From the NCBI GenBank assembly GCA_036375075.1, contig DASUSN010000135.1:11881-75880 (forward strand): a stretch of DNA of 64,000 nucleotides, written 5' to 3'. The translations under genes and the position numbers were made by a program. Shown one piece after another: positions 21,715 through 31,516 of this stretch; position 1 is the first letter of the stretch; each line of letters starts with the position of its first letter. This DNA comes from Thermoanaerobaculia bacterium. GTDB taxonomy: Bacteria > Acidobacteriota > Thermoanaerobaculia > Gp7-AA8. The notes under the pieces are model-generated. The model made no database searches. It saw nothing but the letters and a program-made list of their open reading frames with translations, and was not told the DNA's origin.

Positions 21715-22155
21715 TCACGGCTGGAGGCGGCGGAGGATCTTGCGGATGTTGGCGTGGCCGGCGGCGACGTCGATGTCGCGCTGGAGCAGGGGGACGTAGC
21801 GGGTGCTGAAGTCGGCGTCGGCGGTGCTGCCGAAGTGGCGCTCGAGCCGCGCGGCGATGGCGTCGACGTCGGCACGCTCGAAGTCGGTGCGGGACATGGT
21901 GTCGAGGTCGACGATGATCGACGTCAGCGGCCGGAGCCATTCGAAGAAGGGATCTTCCTGGAGGAGGCGCAGCAGGTGCGTGGGGCCGCTGACGGGACCG
22001 ATGGTGGCGCTGTACTCGGCGCTGGCGGCATCGATGAGGGCGCGGTGGAGGGGCATGAGCTGCTTCCACGCATCGCGCAGGGCGGCGCGCAGCTCGGCGC
22101 GCGCAGGATCGTCGGGCGTATGCATCATCCGCGCGTAGAGGTCTTCTTTCTTCAT
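21715..22155 (-). CDS. Hypothetical protein, 146 aa, first gene of the sigma/CHAT cluster
   Basis: ORF with protein-like composition (MKKEDLYARMMHTPDDPARAEL...). It is co-oriented with the sigma gene and ends 25 nt upstream of its start. Confidence 0.65.
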   Translation of the reverse strand: MKKEDLYARMMHTPDDPARAELRAALRDAWKQLMPLHRALIDAASAEYSATIGPVSGPTHLLRLLQEDPFFEWLRPLTSIIVDLDTMSRTDFERADVDAIAARLERHFGSTADADFSTRYVPLLQRDIDVAAGHANIRKILRRLQP

Positions 22156-22312
22156 GGGGAAAATCGCGTCAGCGATCGAAAAATCACGCCTCCACGGTTG
22201 GCTGGGGAAGGGTTGGGTAGGCAGTTAGCCAACCGTAGAGGCCGTGAAAGCTGTGAATGTGCTGCAGCCCAGGAGCACCAAGGATACGCTCCAACATTTG
22301 TGCCCGCAATAG

Positions 22313-22341
22313 TTGCGGCTGCGGGGCACGGTGAGTACAAT
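22313..22341 (+). promoter_or_regulatory. Sigma70-like promoter upstream of tRNA-Arg
   Basis: TTGCGG (22313..22318), a 17-nt spacer, then TACAAT (22336..22341), about 50 nt upstream of the tRNA. Confidence 0.4.
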
Positions 22342-22391
22342 CCGCCGCCGCGGAATGAACGGCCCGGTACGGCCGTTCCAGTCCGTGCTCT

Positions 22392-22468
22392 GCACCCATA
22401 GCTCAATTGGATAGAGCATCTGACTACGGATCAGAAGGTTTGAGGTTCGAGTCCTCATGGGTGCACCA
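22392..22468 (+). tRNA. tRNA-Arg (anticodon ACG), CCA encoded
   Basis: Hand-folded cloverleaf: acceptor GCACCCA/TGGGTGC, anticodon stem TCTGA/TCAGA with loop CTACGGA, T-arm TGAGG-TTCGAGT-CCTCA. Confidence 0.95.
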
Positions 22469-22522
22469 ACCCCTTCAAGTGAACCGCGGCGGGCTTCGGC
22501 CCGCCGTCGTACTCTTTGACAG

Positions 22523-22992
22523 ATGAATCAGGTGCAGTGGCAGGCAGAAGCGATGGAAGCGGCCTTCGCCCTGGCCGCGGAAGCCGCCTCCGACGGGGAG
22601 ATCCCGGTGGGCGCGGTGATCGTGGACGGCGAAGGACGGATCCTGGGGCGGGGACGGAACCGGCGCGAGTCGGGAGACCCGCTGGGCCACGCCGAGATCT
22701 ACGCGATCGCGGAAGCGGCGCGGAGCATCGGCGGCTGGCGGCTGGAAGGGACGACGATGGTGGTGACGCTGGAACCGTGCGCGATGTGCGCGGGGGCTCT
22801 GGTGAACGCCCGGGTCGACCGTCTGGTCTTCGGGGCCTACGATCCCAAGGCGGGCTTTTGCGGCTCGCTGGGGAACCTGGTGCAGGACGCACGGCTCAAC
22901 CATCGCCTCGCAGTCGAAGGCGGTTTCATGGAGGAGCGGTCGCGCGCGATGCTTCAGGACTTCTTCCGCCAACTGCGCCAGCGCGATCGAAC

Positions 22993-23014
<22 letters not shown>
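22523..23014 (+). CDS. tadA: tRNA-specific adenosine deaminase TadA
   Basis: Deaminase motifs HAEIYAI and TLEPCAMCAGAL; 163 aa. The last 22 nt overlap tRNA-Ser(CGA). Confidence 0.9.
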
Positions 23015-23086
<72 letters not shown>

Positions 23087-23113
23087 CGCTAGTCCGATTC
23101 GGCTTCCCAAGCC

Positions 23114-23204
23114 GGAGAGATGGCCGAGTGGCTTAAGGCGCACGCTTGGAAAGCGTGTGTACGTTAACAGCGTACCGTGGGTTCGAATCCCACTCTCTCC
23201 GCCA
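23114..23204 (+). tRNA. tRNA-Ser (anticodon GGA), long variable arm, CCA encoded
   Basis: Acceptor GGAGAGA/TCTCTCC, anticodon stem CACGC/GCGTG with loop TTGGAAA, T-loop GGTTCGAATCC. Confidence 0.95.
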
Positions 23205-23235
23205 TCGGGCAGCACCGAGACACGATTCAAATTCA

Positions 23236-23368
23236 GGCCCGTTGAGATGAGCCCGGGTCCTGTGCAGCAGGAGCACCGAACCGCGTCAGGACCGGAAGGT
23301 AGCAGCGCTAAGGTGCCATCCCTGTGTGACACAGTAAGGCCTGGGCTCTTCTCAGCGGGTCTTTTTTT
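23236..23368 (+). ncRNA. ffs: Signal recognition particle RNA (small/4.5S type) with its terminator T-run
   Basis: Conserved domain-IV core GTCAGGACCGGAAGGTAGCAGCGCTAAGG. The 5' ggcccgttgagatgagcccggg pairs with the 3' cctgggctcttctcagcgggtc, followed by ttttttt. The position before dnaX is the classical synteny. Ends are accurate to about 10 nt. Confidence 0.85.
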
Positions 23369-23468
23369 CAGGGCGCGGGGGACAGGGCGCAGGGCACAGA
23401 AGGCCCCCGCCCGGCCACGGGTGCTTTTCTCCTGCGCCCTGTGCCCTGTGCCCTGTCCCCTGCCCCCT
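23369..23468. repeat. Family-C GC-rich palindromic repeat (cagggcgcagggg.../...cccctgcgccctg)
   Basis: cagggcgcgggggacagggcgcagggcacaga ... ctcctgcgccctgtgccctgtgccctgtcccctgccccct. Related copies lie at 25358 and 63686. Confidence 0.85.
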
Positions 23469-23490
23469 ATCGCTCTATACTTCCCGCCGC

Positions 23491-25059
23491 ATGTCCTACC
23501 AGGCGCTCGCGCGTAAATACCGTCCGCAAACCTTTCACGACATCGTCGGTCAGGAGACCGCGGTGCGGACGCTCCACAACGCGATCGAGGGGAACCGGAT
23601 CCATCACGCCTACCTCTTTTCCGGCGTCCGCGGCGTGGGCAAGACGACGACGGCGCGCATCCTGGCCAAGGCGCTGAACTGCATCAAGGGTCCGACCACG
23701 GAGCCGGACAACGAATGCACGATGTGCCGGGAGATCACGGAAGGCATCGACATGGACGTGCGGGAGATCGACGCCGCGACGTACACGGGCGTCGACAACG
23801 TGCGCGAGCTCCGCGACGTCTCGCAGTTCCAGCCCGCGCGCGACCGCTACCGCATCTTCATCATCGACGAGGCGCACATGCTCTCCACCGCCTCGTGGAA
23901 CGCGCTGCTCAAGCTGATCGAGGAGCCGCCTCCGCACGTCGTGTTCATGTTCGCGACGACGGAGATGCACAAGGTCCCGCAGACCATCCTCTCGCGAGTG
24001 CAGAAATTTCTGCTGCGGAAGATCACGCTGGACGACCTCATCCAGCGCCTCCAGGACATCTGCAAGGCGGAAGGCATCACGGCCGACCGCGCGGCGCTGG
24101 AGATCATCGCCCGCCGCGGGGAAGGGAGCGTGCGCGACTCGCTCTCGCTGCTCGACCAGATCATCGCCTTCTCCGGCCGCTCGGTCACCTCCGCCGACGT
24201 GGCCACGATCCTCGGCCTCTCGGAGACGAACTTCTTCGCGCGCGTGGTGACGCTCATCGGCGAAGGCGATCACGCGGGCATCCTGGAAGCGCTGCAGGAA
24301 GCCTCGGACACGGGCCGGGACTTCAAGATGCTGTTCCGGGACCTGCTGAACTTCGTGCGCAATCTGCTGCTGATCGCCGGAGGCGCAAACGCGTCGATGC
24401 TGGCGGGCGTCTCGCCGGAGGACCTGCCGACGATGCAGTCCGTGGCGCGGGAGTTCTCGTACACGGACCTGTTGCGGATCGCGAACCTGCTGCTGCGCGA
24501 CGACGAGACGGTGAACAAGGCCGAGCACCAGCGTCTGGCGGTGGAGATCGCGCTGCTGAAGGCGGCGACGTTCCCGCGGCTGAAGAGCGTGGAACAGGTG
24601 ATCGCGGGAGACACGAAGGCCGCCTCCGCGCCGGCGCCCAAAGCCGCGCCTCGCGCCAGCGCACCGAGCGCTCCTGCGTCGAGTGCCCCCCCGCCAACCA
24701 CCAACCGCCAACCGCCAACCAGCTCGGGCGATCTCGTCGAGGCGATTCGCAAGAAGAAGCCGATGGTGGCGAGCTATCTGAACAACGCCACCATGAAGAA
24801 GGACGGCGCGCGGGTGGTGTTCGAGATCGACGACCAGTTCGCCGTGGACTCGTTCAACGACTCGCGGACCGTGATCGAAGAGATCGCATCGCAGCACTAC
24901 GGCGAGCGTGTCTCGGTGGAAGCGAAAATGAAGGAAGCCGAACCGGCCCCCACGGGCAGGCGGGCCGAGGACAAGCCGGCGCCGCTGCGGGACGACCCCG
25001 TGCTGAGCGCGTTCCGCAAGCACCTGGGCGGTGAGCTGGTGAAGGAGAGGGAACGATGA
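23491..25059 (+). CDS. dnaX: DNA polymerase III subunit gamma/tau
   Basis: [22 protein letters not shown], Walker [21 protein letters not shown], and the sensor SRVQKF. Confidence 0.95.
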   Translation: MSYQALARKYRPQTFHDIVGQETAVRTLHNAIEGNRIHHAYLFSGVRGVGKTTTARILAKALNCIKGPTTEPDNECTMCREITEGIDMDVREIDAATYTGVDNVRELRDVSQFQPARDRYRIFIIDEAHMLSTASWNALLKLIEEPPPHVVFMFATTEMHKVPQTILSRVQKFLLRKITLDDLIQRLQDICKAEGITADRAALEIIARRGEGSVRDSLSLLDQIIAFSGRSVTSADVATILGLSETNFFARVVTLIGEGDHAGILEALQEASDTGRDFKMLFRDLLNFVRNLLLIAGGANASMLAGVSPEDLPTMQSVAREFSYTDLLRIANLLLRDDETVNKAEHQRLAVEIALLKAATFPRLKSVEQVIAGDTKAASAPAPKAAPRASAPSAPASSAPPPTTNRQPPTSSGDLVEAIRKKKPMVASYLNNATMKKDGARVVFEIDDQFAVDSFNDSRTVIEEIASQHYGERVSVEAKMKEAEPAPTGRRAEDKPAPLRDDPVLSAFRKHLGGELVKERER

Positions 25060-25355
25060 ACATCAAACAACTGATGAAGCAGGCGCAGCAGATGCAGGAC
25101 CAGATGCAGCGCCAGATGGCCTCGATCCGCGTGGAAGGCACCGCCGGCGGCGGGATGGTCAAGGCGGAGATGAACGGCAACAAGGAGCTGCTGGCGATCA
25201 CGATCGACAAGGAAGCCGTCGATCCGGAAGACGTGGACATGCTCCAGGACCTCGTCAAGGCCGCGGTCAACGAAGCCGCCCGCAAGGTGGATGAGGAGAT
25301 GCAGGGCGCGATGGGATCGATGATGCCGGGCGGGATGAAGATGCCGGGATTCTGA
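25056..25355 (+). CDS. ybaB: Nucleoid-associated protein YbaB/EbfC
   Basis: 99 aa, [18 protein letters not shown]..., with a 4-nt overlap with dnaX. The dnaX-ybaB-recR synteny is conserved. Confidence 0.9.
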   Translation: MNIKQLMKQAQQMQDQMQRQMASIRVEGTAGGGMVKAEMNGNKELLAITIDKEAVDPEDVDMLQDLVKAAVNEAARKVDEEMQGAMGSMMPGGMKMPGF

Positions 25356-25357
25356 AT

Positions 25358-25453
25358 GCAGGGGGCAGGGCGCAGGGGACAGGGCGCGGAAGACCCCCGG
25401 CCACCCTGTTTGTTTGATTCTTCTGTCCCCCGCGCCCTGCGCCCCGCGCCCTG
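25358..25453. repeat. Family-C GC-rich palindromic repeat
   Basis: gcagggggcagggcgcaggggacagggcgcgg ... ctgtcccccgcgccctgcgccccgcgccctg. It fills the ybaB-recR spacer. Confidence 0.85.
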
Positions 25454-25456
25454 ATC

Positions 25457-26050
25457 ATGACTGCTCCTCCCCTCGCGAACCTCATCAACGAGCTGACCAA
25501 GCTCCCCGGCGTCGGCGGCAAGTCGGCGGCGCGGCTGGCGTATCACATCCTCAAGCGGCCGGCCGCGGAGGCGGAGGCGCTGGCCACGGCGATCCTGGAC
25601 GTGAAGGCGAAGATCTTCCGCTGCTCGGTGTGCAACAACATGACGGACGTCGAGCCGTGCGCGATCTGCTCGGACCCGCGGCGGGATCCGTCGCTGATCG
25701 CGGTGGTGGAAGAGGCGTTCAACATCCAGACGATCGAGTCGACGCGCGATTTCAAGGGCGTCTACCACGTCCTCCTCGGCGCGCTGTCGCCGCTGAAGGG
25801 GATCGGCCCGCAGGACATCGACGTGGCCGGGCTGCTGAAGCGGGCGCAGAAGGAGAATCCGCGCGAGATCATCATCGCCACGAATCCGAACGTGGAAGGC
25901 GAAGCGACGGCGCTGTACATCGCGCAGCAGCTCCGGCCCCTGAACGTGCGGACGACGCGGCTGGCGTTCGGGCTGCCGGTGGGCGGGGACCTCGAGTACG
26001 CGGACCAGGTGACGATGTCCAAGGCCCTGGAGGGAAGGCGGGAAATCTAA
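25457..26050 (+). CDS. recR: Recombination protein RecR
   Basis: N-terminal helix-hairpin-helix (LINELTKLPGVGGKSAARLAYH), C4 zinc finger CSVCNNMTDVEPCAIC, and a Toprim region. Confidence 0.95.
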   Translation: MTAPPLANLINELTKLPGVGGKSAARLAYHILKRPAAEAEALATAILDVKAKIFRCSVCNNMTDVEPCAICSDPRRDPSLIAVVEEAFNIQTIESTRDFKGVYHVLLGALSPLKGIGPQDIDVAGLLKRAQKENPREIIIATNPNVEGEATALYIAQQLRPLNVRTTRLAFGLPVGGDLEYADQVTMSKALEGRREI

Positions 26051-26105
26051 TTTGTGCTATACAGTTGCGTCCCTTCCACGGGCCAAATGCTACGTATGGT
26101 GAACA

Positions 26106-26606
26106 ATGGCGTCTCCTGATCTCGTGATGTACGAGGAGGAGTACCAGCAGATCAAGGACATCCTCCACCGTCTGCAGGTCGACTCCAACTCGAAGATCGT
26201 CTTCCTGGTCGACAAGAACGGCCAACAGATCGCCGTCATGGGAGACATGCGCGGCGTCGACGCCACGTCTCTCGCCTCGCTGACGGCCGGCAACGTCGCG
26301 GCCACGGACGGGCTGGCGAAGCTGATCGGCGAGAAGGAGTTCTCGATCCTCTTCCACGAGGGCGAGCGCGACAACATCCACATCTCCCTGGTCGCCCAGC
26401 GGGTGATCCTGGTGGTGATCTTCGACGAGAAGTCCTCTCTCGGACTGGTCCGGCTGCGGGTGAAGAAGGCCTCGCAGGAGCTGGAGCGGACGTTCGAGCA
26501 GCTCCTGAAAAAGGCGGAGGCGGACCGCGGATCGATGGCCAACCGCTTCGACTCGCCGTTCGCGGAGATCACGGACGAAGACATCGACAGTCTCTTCAGC
26601 GAATAG
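26106..26606 (+). CDS. mglB: Roadblock/LC7 domain protein, MglB-like GTPase-activating protein
   Basis: 166 aa, immediately upstream of mglA. Roadblock-like sequence (IVFLVDKNGQQIAVMGD...SLASLTAGNVAATDGLAKL). Confidence 0.8.
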   Translation: MASPDLVMYEEEYQQIKDILHRLQVDSNSKIVFLVDKNGQQIAVMGDMRGVDATSLASLTAGNVAATDGLAKLIGEKEFSILFHEGERDNIHISLVAQRVILVVIFDEKSSLGLVRLRVKKASQELERTFEQLLKKAEADRGSMANRFDSPFAEITDEDIDSLFSE

Positions 26607-26612
26607 CCACCC

Positions 26613-27197
26613 ATGACGTTCATCAACTACGCGGCGCGGGAGATCAACTGCAAGATCGTCTACTACGGCCCCGGCCTGTGCGGGAAGACGACCAACCTGC
26701 AGTGGATCTACGACAAGACGAACCCGCAGGCGAAGGGGAAGCTGATCTCCCTGGCCACCGAGACCGACCGCACTCTCTTCTTCGACTTCCTCCCGCTCGA
26801 CCTGGGCACGGTGCGCGGCTTCAAGACGCGCTTCCACCTGTACACGGTGCCGGGCCAGGTGTTCTACGACGCGTCGCGCAAGCTGATCCTGAAGGGCGTG
26901 GACGGCGTGGTGTTCGTGGCCGACTCGCAGGATGCGCGCATGGAAGCGAACATCGAGTCGCTGCAGAACCTCGACAAGAACCTCAAGGAACAGGGCTACG
27001 ACATGCGGCAGGTGCCGTACGTGCTGCAGTTCAACAAGCGCGACCTGCCGACGGCGCTGCCGCCGGACGAGATGTACCGCCAGTTGAACTTCAAGGGCGA
27101 GCCGACGTTCGAGGCGGTGGCGATGAACGGCACGGGCGTGTTCGACACGCTCAAGGCCGTGGCGAAGCTCGTGCTGACGGAACTGAAGAAGAAGTGA
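26613..27197 (+). CDS. mglA: Ras-like small GTPase MglA
   Basis: [19 protein letters not shown] (P-loop), YTVPGQVFY (switch II), FNKRDL (G4). 194 aa, strongly MglA-like throughout. Confidence 0.9.
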   Translation: MTFINYAAREINCKIVYYGPGLCGKTTNLQWIYDKTNPQAKGKLISLATETDRTLFFDFLPLDLGTVRGFKTRFHLYTVPGQVFYDASRKLILKGVDGVVFVADSQDARMEANIESLQNLDKNLKEQGYDMRQVPYVLQFNKRDLPTALPPDEMYRQLNFKGEPTFEAVAMNGTGVFDTLKAVAKLVLTELKKK

Positions 27198-30100
27198 CCC
27201 GCGCCTCGGCGGCCTCGAAGTCGGCGAGGTCGCGGCGGGCCTGCTCCGCGAGCTCGGTCAGGTACGCGTTCCGGTAGCAGAGCGCGCGCATCTCCAGGAC
27301 CGGCTTCAGCCACAACGCGTTCGGCTCCATGGCCCCGAGGGCGCCGAGCGTGCGGGTGCCGCAGCGATCGATGCGCCAGGCGGCGGCGACGTAGGCGAGA
27401 CGGCGCACTTCCTCGAGCTGATACGCGGCGTACGGCCGCGAGAGGGCCTCGACGATCCGCTCGTGGTCCGCGAGCTCGGGCGCGATGCTGAGCGCGGACT
27501 CCATGACGCCGCTCAGCGGCCACGGGTCGTCGCGATAGCGGTGCAGCGCGCGGGCGAGCAGCGGCGCGGCCTCGGCGCCGCGCTGCTGGCGCATGCGGAG
27601 GATGCCTTCGATGGCGTCGGCCTCGGCGGGTTGGTCCTTGCGCAGCTCCGCGGACATCGCGAGCGCACGCTCGTCGCCGTGCATCGCCAGCGCGTGCGCG
27701 AGCGTCGCGAGCTGGCGGGAGGTCGCGGGAGTCCAGCGCGTCTCCTCCCACGAGGCGGCGGCGTTGCCGAACTCGCCCGCAGCGTAGATGCGGGCGAAGA
27801 CGTTCCGGGGATCGGCCGACGGGAGATAGGGGATGGACGCGCGGCTCGCGGCGACGAGGTCCCAGTCGACTGCACCGCGCACGTGCCGGGGACGATCGTG
27901 CTTCCCGCGCGCGGCGGCCTGGAGGATGTCGGCGGTGCCGAAACGATCGCGGCCGACCATGCGCGCGAAGCCGAACTCGATGACGGCGCGGTCGTCGGTG
28001 TTGAGCTCCCGCGCCTCGCGTGCGAACGCGCGCGCCACGTCCTCGGAAGCGATGAAGTGCGCGAGCACGCCCTCGGCACTCTCGACGCGCCAGGCGACGT
28101 GCGCCGCGTCGCGGAAGGCGCCGCGGGAAAGGCGCGCGCGCATGGCGTCGACGTCGATGGCGATCGGCTCGGCCGAGGCGATGAGGACGACGTCGCCGGG
28201 ATTGGTCGTCCACGTCTGGACGTGCGGAAAGACGCCGGCGATCGTCGCGTAGATCGTCTGCGCCGTGCGCGCGTCGATGGAGTAGGTCTGCAGCCACTGC
28301 GCGAAGAGGCCTCCTCGCGCGAGGCGCGCCTGCACGGCTTCGTAGAACTCGCGCGTGTAGAGGCTGGCCACGCCGGCACGGTAGGGATTCGACGGCTCGG
28401 AGAAGATGATGTCGTAACGGGCGCGGGACACGAGCAACGTCTCGCGCGCGTCGTTGACCTGCACGTGCACGCGCGGATGCGCGAGCGCGTTGCGATTGAC
28501 GGCGCCGTAGGCAGCGGCGAGCCGCACCACCGCCGGTTCGAGCTCGACGACGTCGACGCGCTGCATCGACGGCACGGACGCGAGCCAGCCGGCCGTGGTG
28601 CCGGTGCCGAGACCGACGACCATCGCGGACTGCGGCCGCGGATGCAGCAGCGCCGCGATCATCCCGGCCATCACCTGCGTGCCCGCGTCGCGGCGCGCGG
28701 AGCCGTCGGACTTGCCGTTGACGACGAGGCCGAGGTCGTCGTCGTTCATCAGGGCGATGCTGCTCTCGCGGCCCTCCGCCTCGGCCAGCAGCGTGCGGCG
28801 CACGGCGTGCGTCCACGCACGGCGGTCGTTCGCGCCGGCGATATCCGGCGCACGGCCGGCCCCGATGCCGGAGTGCCGCCAGACGGCGGTCGGTCCGGCG
28901 GTGAAGATGGCGAAGAGTGCCATGGCCCCGGCGAGGGCGGCGGAGGCGAGCTGCCAGGTGTGGCGTGCTCGCCAGGCGAAGAGTGCGGCCAGGACCACCA
29001 GCGCGGCGACGCAGAGGCGCCAGCAGCCCATCGCGCCGAGGCGCGGGATCAGGACGAAGCCGCCGAGCAGCGAGCCGGCAATCGCACCGGCCGTGTTCCA
29101 CGCATACGCGTGACCGACGTCGCGGCCGACGCCGTCGCCGCCCTCCCCGAGCAGGGCGATGAGGAGGGGAAACTGGATGCCGGCGACGATGGACGCCGGA
29201 AGGACGACGATCGCGGTCACGAGGGCCCATCCGGCGACGTGCGCGCCGAATGCGGTGACGTCGCGCAGCGCGTGGGCGAGGAGGGCGATGCGGTCGCCGA
29301 GCGCGTAGGGGATGGCGAGGACGAGCGCCTGCACGGCCAGCGTGACGGCGAGCGCGCCGGCGGAGGCGCGCGGGACGCGGGCGTAGAGCGCTCCGCCGAT
29401 GCCGATCCCGGCAAGAGCGACGGCAAGGATGAGGGAGAACATGAAGGTGGTGCCGCCGAGGATCGGAGAGAGGACGCGATACCAGACGAGCTCCATGAGC
29501 AGGAAGACCAGGCCGGAGATGGCGGCGACGGTCAGGGGAGCGCGCCCGACCACCGCCCTGCGGTGCGAGCGAGACGCCCGCACATCAGCCGGCGAGGACG
29601 CCGGCGGTCCGAAGTAGGCCATCACGCCCGCCGCGAGATTGAGGGCCGCGGCGATCCACAACGTCCTGCGGTTGCCGTAGCGCTCGAGCAGCACGAATCC
29701 CGCGAGCAGCACGCCCATCACCGCTCCCGCGGTATTCGCGGCGTAGAGCAGCGCGACGCGGCGGCGGCCGGCATCGTCCTGCGCCGTCACCGCGCGGGCG
29801 GCGGCGGAGAGCGTGCCGCCCATCAGGAACGTCGGGGCGGCCAGGACGAGGGAGGCCAGCGCGAGGCGGAGCAGCGTCGCGCCCGCAGACCCGAGCGTCA
29901 CCGAACCGCCGGAGGCGATGTAGAGGGCGCGGACCCCGTCGACCAGGAACGGCGTCAGCGCGGCCGAGACGGCGATGCCGCATTCGAGCACGCCATAGAA
30001 GCGCAGCGGATGCGGATGCCCGTCGCTGCGGCGCCCGAGGATCGCGGCGCCGAGGCCGAGACCTCCCATGAAGATGGCCAGCACCGCAGCGCCGGCGAGC

Positions 30101-30213
30101 GTGGAGGCGCCGAACACGAGACGCAGCTCGCGCATCCACACGGTTTGATAGACGAGGGCAGAGAGTCCCGACACGAAGAGCAACGACGGTACGAGCCGGC
30201 TGAGAGTGCGCAT
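27151..30213 (-). CDS. Fused MFS-like membrane domain / spermidine synthase-like (PABS) domain / C-terminal helical-repeat protein (paralog 1)
   Basis: Internal ATG 30213 of shadow ORF 27151..31281 gives [35 protein letters not shown]. About 12 TM segments. PABS core [12 protein letters not shown]...VDVVELEP...[25 protein letters not shown]. The 3' end overlaps convergent mglA by 47 nt. Confidence 0.85.
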   Translation of the reverse strand: MRTLSRLVPSLLFVSGLSALVYQTVWMRELRLVFGASTLAGAAVLAIFMGGLGLGAAILGRRSDGHPHPLRFYGVLECGIAVSAALTPFLVDGVRALYIASGGSVTLGSAGATLLRLALASLVLAAPTFLMGGTLSAAARAVTAQDDAGRRRVALLYAANTAGAVMGVLLAGFVLLERYGNRRTLWIAAALNLAAGVMAYFGPPASSPADVRASRSHRRAVVGRAPLTVAAISGLVFLLMELVWYRVLSPILGGTTFMFSLILAVALAGIGIGGALYARVPRASAGALAVTLAVQALVLAIPYALGDRIALLAHALRDVTAFGAHVAGWALVTAIVVLPASIVAGIQFPLLIALLGEGGDGVGRDVGHAYAWNTAGAIAGSLLGGFVLIPRLGAMGCWRLCVAALVVLAALFAWRARHTWQLASAALAGAMALFAIFTAGPTAVWRHSGIGAGRAPDIAGANDRRAWTHAVRRTLLAEAEGRESSIALMNDDDLGLVVNGKSDGSARRDAGTQVMAGMIAALLHPRPQSAMVVGLGTGTTAGWLASVPSMQRVDVVELEPAVVRLAAAYGAVNRNALAHPRVHVQVNDARETLLVSRARYDIIFSEPSNPYRAGVASLYTREFYEAVQARLARGGLFAQWLQTYSIDARTAQTIYATIAGVFPHVQTWTTNPGDVVLIASAEPIAIDVDAMRARLSRGAFRDAAHVAWRVESAEGVLAHFIASEDVARAFAREARELNTDDRAVIEFGFARMVGRDRFGTADILQAAARGKHDRPRHVRGAVDWDLVAASRASIPYLPSADPRNVFARIYAAGEFGNAAASWEETRWTPATSRQLATLAHALAMHGDERALAMSAELRKDQPAEADAIEGILRMRQQRGAEAAPLLARALHRYRDDPWPLSGVMESALSIAPELADHERIVEALSRPYAAYQLEEVRRLAYVAAAWRIDRCGTRTLGALGAMEPNALWLKPVLEMRALCYRNAYLTELAEQARRDLADFEAAEARVTSSSVPSARASPRP

Positions 30214-30306
30214 GGCGTTTTCCTTTGTCAGGACGCTACGCCTGGCGGCGGAAGTCTTTTGTGACCCGCGCCGCAGATGTGCGGGATGGGATAACCTCTC
30301 GCGCTC

Positions 30307-31509
30307 ATGGACGCACGTTTCCGGAAGCCGTTCAACGAGCAGTTCACGCCCGGGCTGTACGACTGGTACCGCACTGAGCTCGAGCGCCGGCTGGGCTGTA
30401 CGTTCGAGTTCCGCCTGGCGGAGTCGCCGCTGTTCCTGTCCGACGACTTCAAGCAGCGCGCGGTGGACGCGGCGAACGCCATCGTCGAGCAGCTCTCCGA
30501 TCCGGCGCTGATCGAGCGGATGAAGGCCGCGATCCCGGAGCGCTGGAACACACCGGGGATGGACGCGCTGCCGAACCTCGCGCAGGTGGACTTCGCGGTG
30601 GTGCGCGCGGCGGACGGCACGCTCGTGCCGAAGCTGATCGAGCTGCAGGGGTTCCCGTCGCTGACGTCGCTGCAGATCATCCAGCGCGACGCGTGGAAGG
30701 ACACGCTGGCGCGCATGGACGGGCTGGACGTGGCCTGGTCGTGCTGGTTCTCGGGCTATGACCGCGAGTCGTTCATCGACCTCGCGCGGCGGACGATCGT
30801 CGGACTGCACGATCCGGCCGAGGTGATCCTCATGGACCTCGATCCGCCGCGGCAGAAGACGTATCCGGACTTCGCGGCCACGAAACTGCTGTTCGGCGTG
30901 GACGCGGTGGATCCGGTGACGCTGGTGAAGCGCGGCCGCTCGCTGTTCCGCGCGGACGGCACGCCGGTGCGGCGCATCTACAACCGCGTGGTGTTCGACG
31001 AGCTGATCGCCAAGGGGATCGAGCTGCCGTTCGACTACCGCGAGGAGCTGGACGTGGAGTGGGCGCCGCACCCGAACTGGTACTGGGTGTGGTCGAAGTA
31101 CTCGCTGCCGTTCCTGCAGCACGAGTCGGTGCCGAAGGCGACGTTCGTCTCGGACCTGGAGCGCGTGCCGGAGAACCTCTCGCGCTACGTGCTCAAACCG
31201 CTGTTCTCCTTCGCCGGCGGCGGCGTGAACGTCGACCCGACCCGCGCGGACGTGGACGCCATTCCCGCGGAAGAGCGCCACGCGTGGTGCCTGCAGGAGA
31301 AGATCGAGTACGAGCCCGCGCTGGAAGCAGCGGACGGCGGCGGGGTGAAGATCGAGATCCGGATGATGTTCCTGCGGCCGGACGACGAGGCCAGACCGGT
31401 GCTCGCGCAGAACCTCGTGCGGCTGTCGCGCGGGAAGATGTTGGGCGTGGACTTCAACAAGCAGTTCACGTGGGTCGGGTCGAGTGTGGGGTTGAGCCTC
31501 ACGTCGTGA
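30307..31509 (+). CDS. Conserved hypothetical protein, possibly ATP-grasp-like (glutathionylspermidine-synthase-type fold); function uncertain
   Basis: 400-aa ORF with protein-like composition. Segments KLIELQGFPS and YVLKPLFSFAGGGVNV are reminiscent of ATP-grasp ligases. It is divergent from paralog 1 across a 93-bp spacer. Confidence 0.7.
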   Translation: MDARFRKPFNEQFTPGLYDWYRTELERRLGCTFEFRLAESPLFLSDDFKQRAVDAANAIVEQLSDPALIERMKAAIPERWNTPGMDALPNLAQVDFAVVRAADGTLVPKLIELQGFPSLTSLQIIQRDAWKDTLARMDGLDVAWSCWFSGYDRESFIDLARRTIVGLHDPAEVILMDLDPPRQKTYPDFAATKLLFGVDAVDPVTLVKRGRSLFRADGTPVRRIYNRVVFDELIAKGIELPFDYREELDVEWAPHPNWYWVWSKYSLPFLQHESVPKATFVSDLERVPENLSRYVLKPLFSFAGGGVNVDPTRADVDAIPAEERHAWCLQEKIEYEPALEAADGGGVKIEIRMMFLRPDDEARPVLAQNLVRLSRGKMLGVDFNKQFTWVGSSVGLSLTS

Positions 31510-31516
31510 GGGATTT

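Noticed and set aside
22156-22391. Riboswitch or other structured ncRNA in the 236-bp spacer before tRNA-Arg
   Set aside because: Only short local hairpins are present (ttggct...agccaa; gaacggcc/ggccgttc), plus a plausible promoter. No conserved riboswitch core was recognised.
23491-25059. Programmed frameshift or transcriptional slippage site in dnaX (tau/gamma)
   Set aside because: There is no A-AAA-AAG-type slippery heptamer or long A-run. aagaagaag at about 24750 is not a known shifty site.
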